In this document: one piece after another, positions 36,289 through 45,434 of the stretch
How positions within the stretch are numbered: position 1 is the first letter of the stretch
Layout of the letters: the number at the start of each line of letters is the position of its first letter
Assembly: GCA_016213015.1 (NCBI GenBank)
Contig: JACRCE010000011.1
Location: forward strand, 10,586-74,585
DNA: 64,000 nucleotides
DNA from: Deltaproteobacteria bacterium
Lineage (GTDB): Bacteria; Desulfobacterota; GWC2-55-46
Direction of reading: 5' to 3'
Notes under the pieces: model-generated
Database searches by the model: none
What the model was told of the DNA's origin: nothing
The model's input: the letters and a program-made list of their open reading frames with translations, nothing else
Program-made: the position numbers and the translations under genes

Positions 36289-38802
36289 TCATGCCTGCCA
36301 TTTCTTTATCTTCTCCACGTACCTCGTAACGAGCGACATTGCCTCGCGCTCGGTAGCGGCCTCGGCAATGATATGGAAGTAGGGCTGGTCCTGACTCGGA
36401 TAGGCCACGAGCCAGTCCTCCCCTAAGTTTATCTTTATGCCGTCGATCAACATAGTGCTGAGGTCCTGCGCGTCCTCGGCGAGCCGCCTCATCACCATGC
36501 CCTTGTGCTCGAACGGACACGTAACCTTCTCCTTAACTATAATGCTCGGCGGCAGTTCTCTTATGAGCCTATGGAGTCTCGTCTGTTGCCTTGCAAGCAT
36601 CTCCAGTATCTTCACGATTGCGTACATGCCGTCGAAGTTCGGCTGAAACTGCGGAAATATGAAGCCTCCTGTCGGCTCGCCCACGAGGAGCGTTCCCTCG
36701 TCGGATGCGGCCTCCATAAGCCCCCTCGCGCTCGTCTTGGTGCGCTTTACGGTAAAGCCGTAGGTCTGGGCAAGCCTGTCAACGGCGCGGGATGCGGTAA
36801 CCGGCACGGCCACAGCCCCCTTCTTTTCGTCGTCCCTGTGGCACTTGAGCGCAAGGAGCGTAACCATGTTCAGGGCCGTGTCGCCGTCGAGTATCTCGCC
36901 GGTATCGTCCACGAGGAATATCTTTTCACCTCCGGCGTCGAGGAGCACGCCGAGGTCCGCCTTCAATGACCTGACTATCGACGAGAGCTGGTTGAGCGCC
37001 CTTTGAAACTCCTCGGCGGTCTTCGTGGTCTTTGAGCCGTCGAGATTGGCGTTGAGCGCGATTACGTCGCAGTTGAGCGCCCCGAGTATCGCCGGGAATA
37101 TGCGCGATGAAGAACCGTAGGAGTAGTCGAGCACGAGTTTGAAGGCCGCTTTTTTGACGACCCCGGCGCCCACCGTGGACATGAAGCCGTTCTGGTAGCG
37201 CTCAAAGCCGTGTATTGGAAAGGACATCTCCCCTGTCTCGTCCATCGCCATCCTTGCGAAGTCCTCCCTGAAAAAGAGCCGCTCAACCGACTTTTCATAA
37301 CCGGGATGCAGGTCAAGCCCCTTGTTGTCGAAGAACTTCATGTCGAGTATCTGAGACTCGAAAGGCGACCTGCGCGTGTGTATCCCGCCCGCCTCCAAGC
37401 CGCCCCTTGCAAGAAACCGGCAGACCGGCATGGGCGTTACGCCGTAGTCGTAGACGTTCACGCCGGATGAGAGTATGCCCGTCATCACGGCCCTGTTTAT
37501 CATCCTTGACGTCTTGTGCGCGTCCCTGCTCGTCGACACGGCCGACCCCTTGGGGAGAGAGGCGCCGTAGGCCGCGCCGAGCTTTGCCGCAAACTCCGGG
37601 GTTATCTCTATGTTGGCGAGGCCGGTTACGCCGTAGGTGGAGAAGATGTGCCTCGACCACTTCTCACCCCATATAAGGCTTGATGCAAGGGTGGCCTCGT
37701 CCTCGACCGTCTTTCTCGGCCAGACCTTTACGTTGGCCTTTACCGTGGCCATTCGCCCTATCGAACAATGGTCGCTGACTATGACCCCTTCGGCAAGATG
37801 CGCGCCTTCGTGTATCTCGGTTGAAGAGCTTACCACGGCCTCCTGCATGACGGCGCGCCCTCCCACCTTTACGCCGTCCCAAAGCACGGAGTCTATGATG
37901 GTCGCGCCCTGCTCCACGACCGTGCCTGAGCCGATAATGGAGTTCACTATCCTCGCGTCCGCGGCGACAGAGCAGTTGTCGCCTATTACGACCGTTCCTT
38001 CAAGCTTTGTCGTGAAGTCTATCTTCGAACCCGCGCCTATCCATATCCGCCTGTCGTTTATCTTTTCCCCGGGTATCCTGACGCTGACGCGGCCGGAGAG
38101 GATGTCCATATTGGCGGCGCGGTACTCCTCAAGGCTCCCCACGTCCTTCCAATACCCCTCGGTTACATAGCCGTACAAGGCTCTCCCATCGGCCAGAAGG
38201 CGCGGAAAGAGGTCCTTGCTGAAGTCGAACTCCTTGTCTTGCGGGATGTACTCGATCACCTCTTTTTCAAGTATATAGATGCCGGTGTTTATGGTGTCGC
38301 TGAAGACCTCTCCCCAGCCCGGTTTTTCAAGAAATCTGATGATCCTGCCGTCCTTGTCCGTTATGACTATGCCGAACGACAGGGGGTTGTCAACGCGGGT
38401 AAGGACGATGGTCGCGATGGCCTTTGACCTCGCGTGAAACTCAAGCGCCTTTTGTATGTCTATGTCGGTAAGCACGTCCCCGCTTATGACGAGCGTGGTC
38501 ACGCCCTCGCCTTCCCATCTCCTCATGGCAAGGCCCACGCTTCCGGCGGTGCCGAGGTCAACGCCGGCCGTTATGTAATCAATGTTGACGCCAAGGCCGC
38601 CCCCGTTGCCGAGGTGAGCGGTTATCATCTCCGGCTGAAAAAAAAGAAGGGCGGTAATGTCCGTAATCGAATGGGTCTTCAAAAGCTCTATGATGTGCGC
38701 GATCATGGGCCTGTTGGCCATCGCCACCATAGGTTTGGGCAGGTTGTTGGTAAGCGGCCTCAATCTCGTGCCGAATCCGCCGGCCATTATAACGCTCTTC
38801 AT
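36289..38802 (-). CDS. sugar-phosphate nucleotidyltransferase fused to a phosphohexomutase-like domain (837 aa)
   Basis: The N-terminus MKSVIMAGGFGTRLRPLT is a GMPP/G1P-NTase fold with a left-handed beta-helix. The C-terminal ~450 aa resembles PGM/PMM, but the catalytic-loop position reads GGIHTRRSPF rather than the canonical TASHNP. Confidence 0.7.
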   Translation of the reverse strand: MKSVIMAGGFGTRLRPLTNNLPKPMVAMANRPMIAHIIELLKTHSITDITALLFFQPEMITAHLGNGGGLGVNIDYITAGVDLGTAGSVGLAMRRWEGEGVTTLVISGDVLTDIDIQKALEFHARSKAIATIVLTRVDNPLSFGIVITDKDGRIIRFLEKPGWGEVFSDTINTGIYILEKEVIEYIPQDKEFDFSKDLFPRLLADGRALYGYVTEGYWKDVGSLEEYRAANMDILSGRVSVRIPGEKINDRRIWIGAGSKIDFTTKLEGTVVIGDNCSVAADARIVNSIIGSGTVVEQGATIIDSVLWDGVKVGGRAVMQEAVVSSSTEIHEGAHLAEGVIVSDHCSIGRMATVKANVKVWPRKTVEDEATLASSLIWGEKWSRHIFSTYGVTGLANIEITPEFAAKLGAAYGASLPKGSAVSTSRDAHKTSRMINRAVMTGILSSGVNVYDYGVTPMPVCRFLARGGLEAGGIHTRRSPFESQILDMKFFDNKGLDLHPGYEKSVERLFFREDFARMAMDETGEMSFPIHGFERYQNGFMSTVGAGVVKKAAFKLVLDYSYGSSSRIFPAILGALNCDVIALNANLDGSKTTKTAEEFQRALNQLSSIVRSLKADLGVLLDAGGEKIFLVDDTGEILDGDTALNMVTLLALKCHRDDEKKGAVAVPVTASRAVDRLAQTYGFTVKRTKTSARGLMEAASDEGTLLVGEPTGGFIFPQFQPNFDGMYAIVKILEMLARQQTRLHRLIRELPPSIIVKEKVTCPFEHKGMVMRRLAEDAQDLSTMLIDGIKINLGEDWLVAYPSQDQPYFHIIAEAATEREAMSLVTRYVEKIKKWQA

Positions 38803-38822
38803 CCGTATGCCCCATTCCGAAG

Positions 38823-38911
38823 CCGATAATCGGTTGACGGTTATCAGTGAAGGTGAACGAATAATTATCCTTAAACCGATAACTGATAACCGTCTTATAA
38901 CCGATAACCGT
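38823..38911. repeat. family D palindromic repeat, copy D4 (inverted orientation)
   Basis: The sequence is ccGATAAtCGGttgacGGTTATCagtGAAGGTGAAcGAATAATTATCCTTAAACCGATAActGATAACCgtcttataaCCGATAACCG. Confidence 0.65.
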
Positions 38912-38917
38912 TCTTAC

Positions 38918-39715
38918 TTACAACGTCTGCATTACCCATGTTACCCTGCCGACAATCGCAACTTCTCCGGCGCTCGCCGTAAGCTCCGGGAACTGCGGGT
39001 TATCGGGCCGCATAATCAACGCATTATTGCCCTTGAATATGCGCCGCACTGTGACGCTTCCGCTTGCCGTCCTTACGATGTATATCGCGCCGTCCCTTAG
39101 CGTTAAATCCCTATACTGTATCCCGACGATTGCGCCGTCTCTTATGGTGGCCTCCATGCTGTCGTCCGACACGCTAAAGGCAACCGGGCCCGCCTTTGCC
39201 AGAAGCTCTGAAACGATCAGCGTATCAACCGGTACGCGCAGGAGCGCGTTAGCAGGGTCTTTCAACAACTCAAGCCTGTACACGTTGATCGAGATCATCT
39301 CTTGCGGGGAGCGCTCGTCTTGGACGCCGCCCCCGGCCTCAAGGCCGCGCCAATCTATCACCGGCTCCTCTGCCCTCGCGTATTGATTGAGCGCGGCATC
39401 AACCACGGCGTACATGCCTTCATCGTTGACGTGTCCATACTGCCCTTGTGCCCGCGCAGGGACCTGCGAAGGCATAATCCCCTTGCCTGACATAAGCCAC
39501 TCCATGTTAACGCCTAACTTCAGGCATATTAACTCGGTTAACGACGCGCCGGGAGACCTCTTGCCCTGCTCAATCATGGTTATATAAGCCGGAGATACGT
39601 TCAATAAGGCCGCAAATTCAGCGCGGTTAAGCCTGCCGCGTACGATGCCGATCCTGCTTGCGATGCTTGACTTCCGACGGCCTTCCGAACCGTTGTTAAT
39701 TCTTTTTCTTGACAT
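38918..39715 (-). CDS. XRE-type HTH + S24 (LexA/CI-like) peptidase repressor
   Basis: The N-terminal HTH is AEFAALLNVSPAYITMIEQGKRSP, followed by a long linker. The C-terminal S24 fold (...SMEATIRDGAIVGIQ...) has a conserved Ser-Lys dyad region. Confidence 0.7.
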   Translation of the reverse strand: MSRKRINNGSEGRRKSSIASRIGIVRGRLNRAEFAALLNVSPAYITMIEQGKRSPGASLTELICLKLGVNMEWLMSGKGIMPSQVPARAQGQYGHVNDEGMYAVVDAALNQYARAEEPVIDWRGLEAGGGVQDERSPQEMISINVYRLELLKDPANALLRVPVDTLIVSELLAKAGPVAFSVSDDSMEATIRDGAIVGIQYRDLTLRDGAIYIVRTASGSVTVRRIFKGNNALIMRPDNPQFPELTASAGEVAIVGRVTWVMQTL

Positions 39716-39738
39716 TGTTAACTTTGTTAAGTTATCAT
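39709..39738 (+). promoter_or_regulatory. sigma70-like promoter (TTGACA-N18-TATCAT) with embedded direct repeat TGTTAAC / TGTTAAG; the -35 element overlaps the start codon of the divergent repressor gene
   Basis: The sequence is cTTGACAttgttaactttgttaagtTATCATacc. The CAT inside TTGACAT is the ATG of the minus-strand S24 repressor. Confidence 0.45.
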
Positions 39739-39876
39739 ACCTTCAACGAAGCGGTGACTCTCAGCCAATGAATAAAGTCTAATGTGTTTTTGCCCGCAAG
39801 TCAACGTCTAAGACGCACGGGGTATCGTATGCCGCGCTATCCGTTGATTATAAACCTTCTTCGGGATGATACGGAC

Positions 39877-40020
39877 ATGGACGAGAAAAAAAACGACGAG
39901 ACATTCATCTGCCCGGTATCCGGCATGGAGGTAACCATGAAGATTTGCGAACTGTCCATCGAGGCAAACCCGGACGTCTGCAGACTATGCACAGTCCATC
40001 GCCCGCCGTTTAACTCGTAA
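39877..40020 (+). CDS. small Cys4 protein (47 aa), hypothetical
   Basis: The product is MDEKKNDETFICPVSG...ICELSIEANPDVCRLCTVH. No clear SD is present. The track ORF starts further upstream at 39784. Confidence 0.3.
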   Translation: MDEKKNDETFICPVSGMEVTMKICELSIEANPDVCRLCTVHRPPFNS

Positions 40021-40122
40021 CTGTAAATCCTGCCGACGTCTTGCTGAAAACCATTGACTTTACCATGTCCGTATGTTAAAAATCACCGACCAATCGAAAT
40101 GAAAGGTCGCGGTAGAAACGCC

Positions 40123-40353
40123 ATGTCCGAGCCTGAAAAAGATACCGGCCCAGGTGGAGTGCTCAGGGGGCTGTCCACGCTCGCCTCGATGGGCATTACA
40201 ATGGTTGCCTCTACCTTTATCGGACTGATTATCGGCATCTATCTGGACAAATATTTCTCGACAAAGCCGTGGCTCACGATAATCTTTCTCGTTTTCGGCA
40301 TAGCGGCGGGCTTTAAGAACATACATACACAGACGAAAAAGTATGTCTCATAA
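40123..40353 (+). CDS. atpZ: AtpZ-like small membrane protein (putative F0F1-ATPase-associated subunit)
   Basis: It has two TM helices (LSTLASMGITMVASTFIGLIIGIYL / WLTIIFLVFGIAAGF) and sits immediately upstream of atpI-atpB. Confidence 0.55.
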   Translation: MSEPEKDTGPGGVLRGLSTLASMGITMVASTFIGLIIGIYLDKYFSTKPWLTIIFLVFGIAAGFKNIHTQTKKYVS

Positions 40354-40759
40354 CCCCGCTGAAAAGGGCGATGTCAACAAGGCCGGAGCCGCAAAAACGG
40401 CAAGCGGTTTTGCGCGCATGGCGATTTGGGGCGGCGCAATAGCCGCAGTTGCAGGCTTGCTGCTCAGCAACCGGCCTACAACGGGTTTTGCGGTCGGATG
40501 GATGATAGCCGCCGTCAACATGTCATGGCTTTTAAGGATTGCAAGGCGTTGCCTTGAGCTAACCCCGGAAAAAGCGGCGAGGTCGGGCGCGCGTACCTAT
40601 TACCTGAGATTCGCGGCAACGGCGCTTGTGTTCACTATAGTCGTATCAAGGAAGCTCATAGATCCTGTGCCGCTTCTGGCCGGGTTTAGCGGTTCGTTGT
40701 TTCTTATCATCGGCATTATGATCGCGGTTGCAAGGGAGGAGTTCAGACAAGATGCATGA
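40343..40759 (+). CDS. atpI: ATP synthase protein I
   Basis: It is a 138-aa multi-TM protein in the canonical position before atpB. It overlaps atpZ and atpB. Confidence 0.6.
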   Translation: MSHNPAEKGDVNKAGAAKTASGFARMAIWGGAIAAVAGLLLSNRPTTGFAVGWMIAAVNMSWLLRIARRCLELTPEKAARSGARTYYLRFAATALVFTIVVSRKLIDPVPLLAGFSGSLFLIIGIMIAVAREEFRQDA

Positions 40760-41408
40760 GATAATACTGCCGACTTTCGGGCTGTACGCGCACACGGCGA
40801 TGATGATCTACATAATCATCGGCCTTGCGATATTTTCAATCCTCCTTACAAAAAGGCTTGCCCTCGTGCCGGGACAGACTCAATCGCTCATAGAGCTTGT
40901 GATCAGCGCCTTCGCAGGCATGGTGGACGAGAACATGGGGCACAAGGGAAGAAAATACTTTCCGCTTGTCATGACCCTTGCGGTCTTGATATTCGCGTCG
41001 AACGTCATGGGACTCATACCGGGTTTCTTGCCGCCGACCGCCAATCTCAACGCTACCGCCGGGCTCGCCCTTGTAGTGTTCTTCGCAACCCATATAATAG
41101 GCTTCAAGGAGCATGGCGTTAAATACCTCAAACACTTCGTCGGGCCTGTCTGGTGGATGTTCCCGATCATGATACCTATAGAGATAATCGGCCATCTGGC
41201 AAGGCCGCTCTCATTGTCACTCCGTCTGTTCGGCAACATGATGGGCCATGAGCAGATAGTCATGGTGCTCCTGATACTCATGCCTGTAGCCTATCCGCTT
41301 CTTGCCATATCAACGGTGATGGGTGTGCTCGTCGTATTTCTGCAGACGTTCATCTTCTCGCTCCTTACCATGCTGTACATCGCCAGCGCGCTCGAAGAGG
41401 CGCACTGA
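40752..41408 (+). CDS. atpB: F0F1 ATP synthase subunit a
   Basis: The ORF has the LSLSLRLFGNMMGHE essential Arg-helix motif, with the ATG at 40752. No atpE follows. Confidence 0.9.
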   Translation: MHEIILPTFGLYAHTAMMIYIIIGLAIFSILLTKRLALVPGQTQSLIELVISAFAGMVDENMGHKGRKYFPLVMTLAVLIFASNVMGLIPGFLPPTANLNATAGLALVVFFATHIIGFKEHGVKYLKHFVGPVWWMFPIMIPIEIIGHLARPLSLSLRLFGNMMGHEQIVMVLLILMPVAYPLLAISTVMGVLVVFLQTFIFSLLTMLYIASALEEAH

Positions 41409-41644
41409 TATGGCGGGCGGACCTGTAGGGTGGGCAATGCCCTTCCTACGACTGTCCAATAACCTTACAACTCCTTTTTGAATCTAACCTATTGATATAA
41501 TTTAAAAACCATCGCAATTGAAGCCGCTGGTTCGCCCCGTGCTGTAACCGTGCTGTAAAAATATCTGACAGTCTTTGGTTTTACAAAAGTGTGCGCCCTA
41601 TTAATTTGCTAATAAAATCAAGCTGTTTTGAATATTGGTTGGTT

Positions 41645-41660
41645 TGGCACGAAGAATGCG
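41645..41660 (+). promoter_or_regulatory. candidate sigma54 (-24/-12) promoter TGGCACGAAGAATGCG
   Basis: The GG-N10-GC spacing is exact. It lies about 45 nt upstream of the PEP-CTERM gene ATG at 41704. Confidence 0.45.
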
Positions 41661-41703
41661 TCACTAATATGTAAGGCATATCTATTCCATATCGGAGGAG
41701 AAA

Positions 41704-42345
41704 ATGAAAAAGTTTATTCTGTCCTGCGTATTCGCCATCGGGCTGGTTTTTTGTGGCTCAAAGGCTCAGGCAGCGCCTGTCTCATGGATTGACTGGTCTA
41801 CCACCTCATCCGGCACGCTGACAATCGGGTCAACAACCTCTGGCGTTTCCTTAACAGGTCCTGCAGGCAGCCTTGTTAACGGCAACTACTACTACAGTTC
41901 CTTCCCCGCCACATACAACGGATTGGCCCCATCTGATCTAATTCAAATTTGGGGCACAGGCATCTTTAATCTGACATTCAGCAGCCCTGTTCTCGACCCT
42001 TACATTGCGCTGGTCAGCGTTGGGCAAGGCGGCCTTCCGGTTACATACAGCTTTAACAATCCGTTCTCCGTCATATCGTCAGGCCCGAACTTCTGGGGAT
42101 ATGGGGGCTACTCAGTGAGCGGGAATAACTTTACAGGGTATGAGTACAACGGCGTACTGCAATTCACCGGGGCATATAGTTCCATATCCTTCAGCGTCAA
42201 CCAACCGGAGTATTGGCACGGCTTCAACTTCGGCGCTTCCAGCTTGGCGCAAACGGCCGCCGTGCCCGAACCTTCCACGCTTCTCCTTCTCGGCACTGGC
42301 CTTGTCGGACTTGCGATAAGAAAAAGGTTTAAGACAAAAGGTTAA
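41704..42345 (+). CDS. PEP-CTERM sorting-domain secreted protein
   Basis: The ORF has a signal peptide, a Ser/Gly/Thr-rich body, and the C-terminus VPEPSTLLLLGTGLVGLAIRKRFKTKG. The ATG is preceded by GGAGGAG. Confidence 0.8.
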   Translation: MKKFILSCVFAIGLVFCGSKAQAAPVSWIDWSTTSSGTLTIGSTTSGVSLTGPAGSLVNGNYYYSSFPATYNGLAPSDLIQIWGTGIFNLTFSSPVLDPYIALVSVGQGGLPVTYSFNNPFSVISSGPNFWGYGGYSVSGNNFTGYEYNGVLQFTGAYSSISFSVNQPEYWHGFNFGASSLAQTAAVPEPSTLLLLGTGLVGLAIRKRFKTKG

Positions 42346-42377
42346 TTGTGGTTTCCTGCAGGCTACCGGGTCGTATT

Positions 42378-42417
42378 AAAAAAACCCCGTCGCTCGTTGA
42401 AGAGCGACGGGGTTTTT
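42378..42417. terminator. bidirectional rho-independent terminator
   Basis: The hairpin is aaaaaaaCCCCGTCGCTCgttgaaGAGCGACGGGGttttt. It sits between convergent genes. Confidence 0.8.
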
Positions 42418-42453
42418 AACGTTGTGGCAAGTCCTTCTTGCTCCTCGTAAGCC

Positions 42454-43404
42454 TTACTTCACCTCGCTTACCAGCACCTTGCCTTCCAGCATCTTCGGCA
42501 TCCACATCAAGCCGTGCTTCCTGACGTACAGAAAATCGGCAGGCCCGCGCACCTCTTCGCTGAGTGAGCGCGTTGACAACTCGCCTGTCTTGAGATTAAA
42601 GACGCGCAGGACGCCGGACTTGTCAAACGAAACCCAGTCCGAGAATATCAGGTTGTCGTCGTCAAACCTTGCGAGGCCGTCGAGATAACCAAGCGGCTTG
42701 GTCAAACTTTGATAGCTGTGCTCGCCGCCCTTATACTCAACTACGCCAAGCTCTCCGTTGCCTTGTTTGCCGTCGCCGAATCCCGCCACATAAAGTTTAT
42801 CCGCCTTTTTATCGTAATACAGGCCGTTTGGGCCTTTGATGCCATGTGCAATTGCCTTGTAAGAGGTTGAGTCCGCATCCTGCCCGATGGTTATCATGTA
42901 GACCTTGCCGATGTCGGTCGCCGACAAAAAGAGGGTCTGCTCATTGAACACCTCAAGATCATTCAAAAAGCCGCTCTTCTCCGACGACAGGTCAAGGTCA
43001 AAGACCTTCTCCCGCGTCTTTATATCAAAGCCGACGACCCTGTCAACGTCGGCAACATAGAGCGTATCCTTGATGATCGCCATGCCCTTTGGCGAATTGA
43101 GATGCCCATCCTTTGGCAGATAGTTCCTGTTCAGTATCATACCGTCATGGCCTATCTCGGTTATGAAGCCGTCGTTGTCCTTTGCGTAGTGGACAAGTTT
43201 GTCCCCCATGTTAGATACGAATATCCGCTTGCAGTCCTCGGTCATAACAACTGATTCAGGGGAAGAAAAACCCTGAATGGTCATTGGAGAGACGGCCTTG
43301 TGCTTCATGGCCATACATCCGGCAATCATAATGACGGACGCAGCCACGAGGACGGTCTTGACGAACCTTACGACATCATTGCTCTTCATACGCTGCCTCC
43401 TCAT
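42454..43404 (-). CDS. lipoprotein with predicted beta-propeller (SMP-30/NHL-like) fold
   Basis: The ORF has a signal peptide plus lipobox (IMIAGC). Repeated ...G.D....YV.D... blades suggest a beta-propeller. Its start overlaps the glyQ stop (ATGA). Confidence 0.5.
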   Translation of the reverse strand: MRRQRMKSNDVVRFVKTVLVAASVIMIAGCMAMKHKAVSPMTIQGFSSPESVVMTEDCKRIFVSNMGDKLVHYAKDNDGFITEIGHDGMILNRNYLPKDGHLNSPKGMAIIKDTLYVADVDRVVGFDIKTREKVFDLDLSSEKSGFLNDLEVFNEQTLFLSATDIGKVYMITIGQDADSTSYKAIAHGIKGPNGLYYDKKADKLYVAGFGDGKQGNGELGVVEYKGGEHSYQSLTKPLGYLDGLARFDDDNLIFSDWVSFDKSGVLRVFNLKTGELSTRSLSEEVRGPADFLYVRKHGLMWMPKMLEGKVLVSEVK

Positions 43405-44294
43405 TCTTGTACGACGTTTGTCGGGTCTTTTTTCAACAACGGGAAGCCCATCTCTTCGCGGGTCTTGAGATATGTCCGTGCGGTGTCCCTTGCAAGCGCC
43501 CTTACGCGGCCTATATAGCTCGTCCTCTCGGCAACGCTTATCGCGCCCCTTGCGTCAAGGAGGTTGAACGTATGCGAGCACTTGAGGCAGTAGTCATAAG
43601 CCGGGAGTGAAAGTCCCTTTTCAATAAGTCGTTTCGATTCGGCCTCGTACATGTCGAACAGTTTGAAGAGCATGGCCTTGTCCGATTCGTCGAAGTTGTA
43701 GCCTGACTGCTCGATTTCATTCCTCTTGTGCACGTCCCCATAGGCAACGCCATCAGTCCACTTAAGGTCGAAGACGTTGTCAACGCCCTGCAGATACATG
43801 GCTATCCTTTCAAGGCCATAGGTTATCTCGCCTGAGACGGGCTTCAAGTCAATGCCGCCGGCCTGCTGGAAGTACGTGAACTGGGTTATCTCCATGCCGT
43901 CAAGCCAGACCTCCCAGCCAAGCCCCCACGCGCCGAGCGTCGGAGACTCCCAGTCGTCCTCCACGAACCTTATGTCATGGGCAAGCGGGTCGATGCCCAA
44001 CTCCTTAAGGCTCATCAGGTATATGTCTTGAATATCGTCCGGCGACGGTTTAAGTATAACCTGAAATTGATAGTAGCGCTGGAGCCTGTTGGGGTTTTCG
44101 CCGTAGCGCCCGTCCGTGGGACGCCTCGACGGCTCCACGTAGGCCGCCTTCCACGGCTCAGGCCCGAGCACGGCCAAAAAGGTCGCGGGGTTAAAGGTGC
44201 CTGCGCCCTTCTCGATGTCGTAAGGCTGTTGTATGACGCAGCCCCTTTTTGCCCAAAACTGCTGGAGCCTCATTATCACGTCCTGAAAAAGCAT
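43401..44294 (-). CDS. glyQ: glycine--tRNA ligase alpha subunit
   Basis: The ORF begins [26 protein letters not shown] and is conserved along its full length. The ATG at 44294 is preceded by AGGAGG. The track ORF starts at GTG 44309. Confidence 0.9.
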   Translation of the reverse strand: MLFQDVIMRLQQFWAKRGCVIQQPYDIEKGAGTFNPATFLAVLGPEPWKAAYVEPSRRPTDGRYGENPNRLQRYYQFQVILKPSPDDIQDIYLMSLKELGIDPLAHDIRFVEDDWESPTLGAWGLGWEVWLDGMEITQFTYFQQAGGIDLKPVSGEITYGLERIAMYLQGVDNVFDLKWTDGVAYGDVHKRNEIEQSGYNFDESDKAMLFKLFDMYEAESKRLIEKGLSLPAYDYCLKCSHTFNLLDARGAISVAERTSYIGRVRALARDTARTYLKTREEMGFPLLKKDPTNVVQE

Positions 44295-44324
44295 AGCCCT
44301 CCTTGCCACATGCGATTATGATAG

Positions 44325-44462
44325 GGAAGGTCTGATTAATTCTTATTTTGTCATTGCGAGCCGCGCTTTCGCGGCGCGGCAATCTCTAAGTTGTTGATTT
44401 CCTTGAAGACGAGATTCTACGCTGCGCGAGAATGACGGGTCGGCGAATTAATCAGAGCTTCC
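44325..44462 (-). mobile_element. MITE family A, copy A4 (138 bp, inverted orientation)
   Basis: The TIRs are GGAAGGTCTGATTAATT / AATTAATCAGAGCTTCC. It is flanked by the 4-bp duplication ATAG (44321-44324 and 44463-44466) and lies about 30 bp upstream of the glyQ start. Confidence 0.8.
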
Positions 44463-44597
44463 ATAGGCAAACATAGCAAAAAAAAGCGCGAAAGTCATCA
44501 TGGAAATAATCAGGCGGCTTATACCTCCGGGACGCACAAAAACAACGTTCAGGGTGTATACTGTAACGTCGTCAGGATTACCAAAAGGATACCCACT

Positions 44598-45062
44598 ATG
44601 ATAATTATAAAATTTCTTCATCTCCTCAGCCTTTCGATATGGGTCGGCTCAATGGTATTTTTCAGCTTCCTTGCGGCTCCGGCCATATTCAAGAAACTGC
44701 CGAGGGAAACGGCTGGCGACGTGGTAGGCGAGATATTTCCGAAGTACTGGCTCCTCGGTTATACAGCTTGCGTAACCGCCGTCCTTACGCTCGTAATAAT
44801 GTCGGTTGAGGGAGGTTCAATTCCGACGGCACGAATGACGGTCATCGCGGCTATGACGCTCATTGTCTTTTGTAACGGCCTTGTCGTGGCGACAAAGGCA
44901 AGAAGGATAAAGGCCGAAATAAGAGTTGCCGGGCAACAGGATGAAAAGGACGGGCTCAAGGCACGGTTCAAAAGACTTCACGCCGTGAGCGCAGTCCTTA
45001 ACATGGCAAGCCTTATCCTCGGTACCGCCTTGATATTCCTTACCACAATGGAACTACGCTGA
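44598..45062 (+). CDS. DUF4149-like integral membrane protein
   Basis: The 154-aa ORF has four TM helices and begins FLHLLSLSIWVGSMVFFSF. Confidence 0.5.
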   Translation: MIIIKFLHLLSLSIWVGSMVFFSFLAAPAIFKKLPRETAGDVVGEIFPKYWLLGYTACVTAVLTLVIMSVEGGSIPTARMTVIAAMTLIVFCNGLVVATKARRIKAEIRVAGQQDEKDGLKARFKRLHAVSAVLNMASLILGTALIFLTTMELR

Positions 45063-45189
45063 TGACTTTAACATCGCCATCCGGTAAAACCGCGCCTGAT
45101 AAGCATATCTCAACGATATTGCAAAATCTTGAAGATGATTTCATCCCTTTTCATCTATCTCTCCTTACTTACCTTGTAAATCAGGTCGC

Positions 45190-45217
45190 CTTGACAATCT
45201 CCCTCCAACTGTTATAA
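45190..45217 (+). promoter_or_regulatory. near-consensus sigma70 promoter TTGACA-N16-TATAAT
   Basis: The sequence is cTTGACAatctccctccaactgtTATAATat. It sits about 215 nt upstream of the OMP gene, implying a long 5' UTR that contains a GGCGAA/TTCGCC hairpin. Confidence 0.5.
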
Positions 45218-45434
45218 TATAACTATTAGCACCGCTTGACATGAGGCATAACCATGCTAAGATTAAACGGTTTCATCGTGTTCATGTCTTTTTTTCCATT
45301 GGCCATCGGTTTTTTGATCTATTGCATCTGGTCAGGCGAAAGCCGCGATTCGCCGGAAAGAGGCAACCTCGACGCAAGCGCTCAAGCATCATGAAAACCA
45401 TCCAACGGCTCAATACCTAAACAAAGGAGGTTTT

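Noticed and set aside
38918-40020. Prophage remnant suggested by the CI/LexA-like repressor with a divergent small gene
   Set aside because: There are no integrase, terminase, capsid or other phage genes on either side. The neighbours are sugar-nucleotide and atp genes, so it is more likely a chromosomal SOS-type or local regulator.
41409-41703. Search for a hidden atpE (c subunit) ORF after atpB
   Set aside because: No frame encodes a ~75-aa double hydrophobic hairpin. The region is AT-rich and non-coding, and looks like the promoter region for the PEP-CTERM gene (it contains the candidate sigma54 site).
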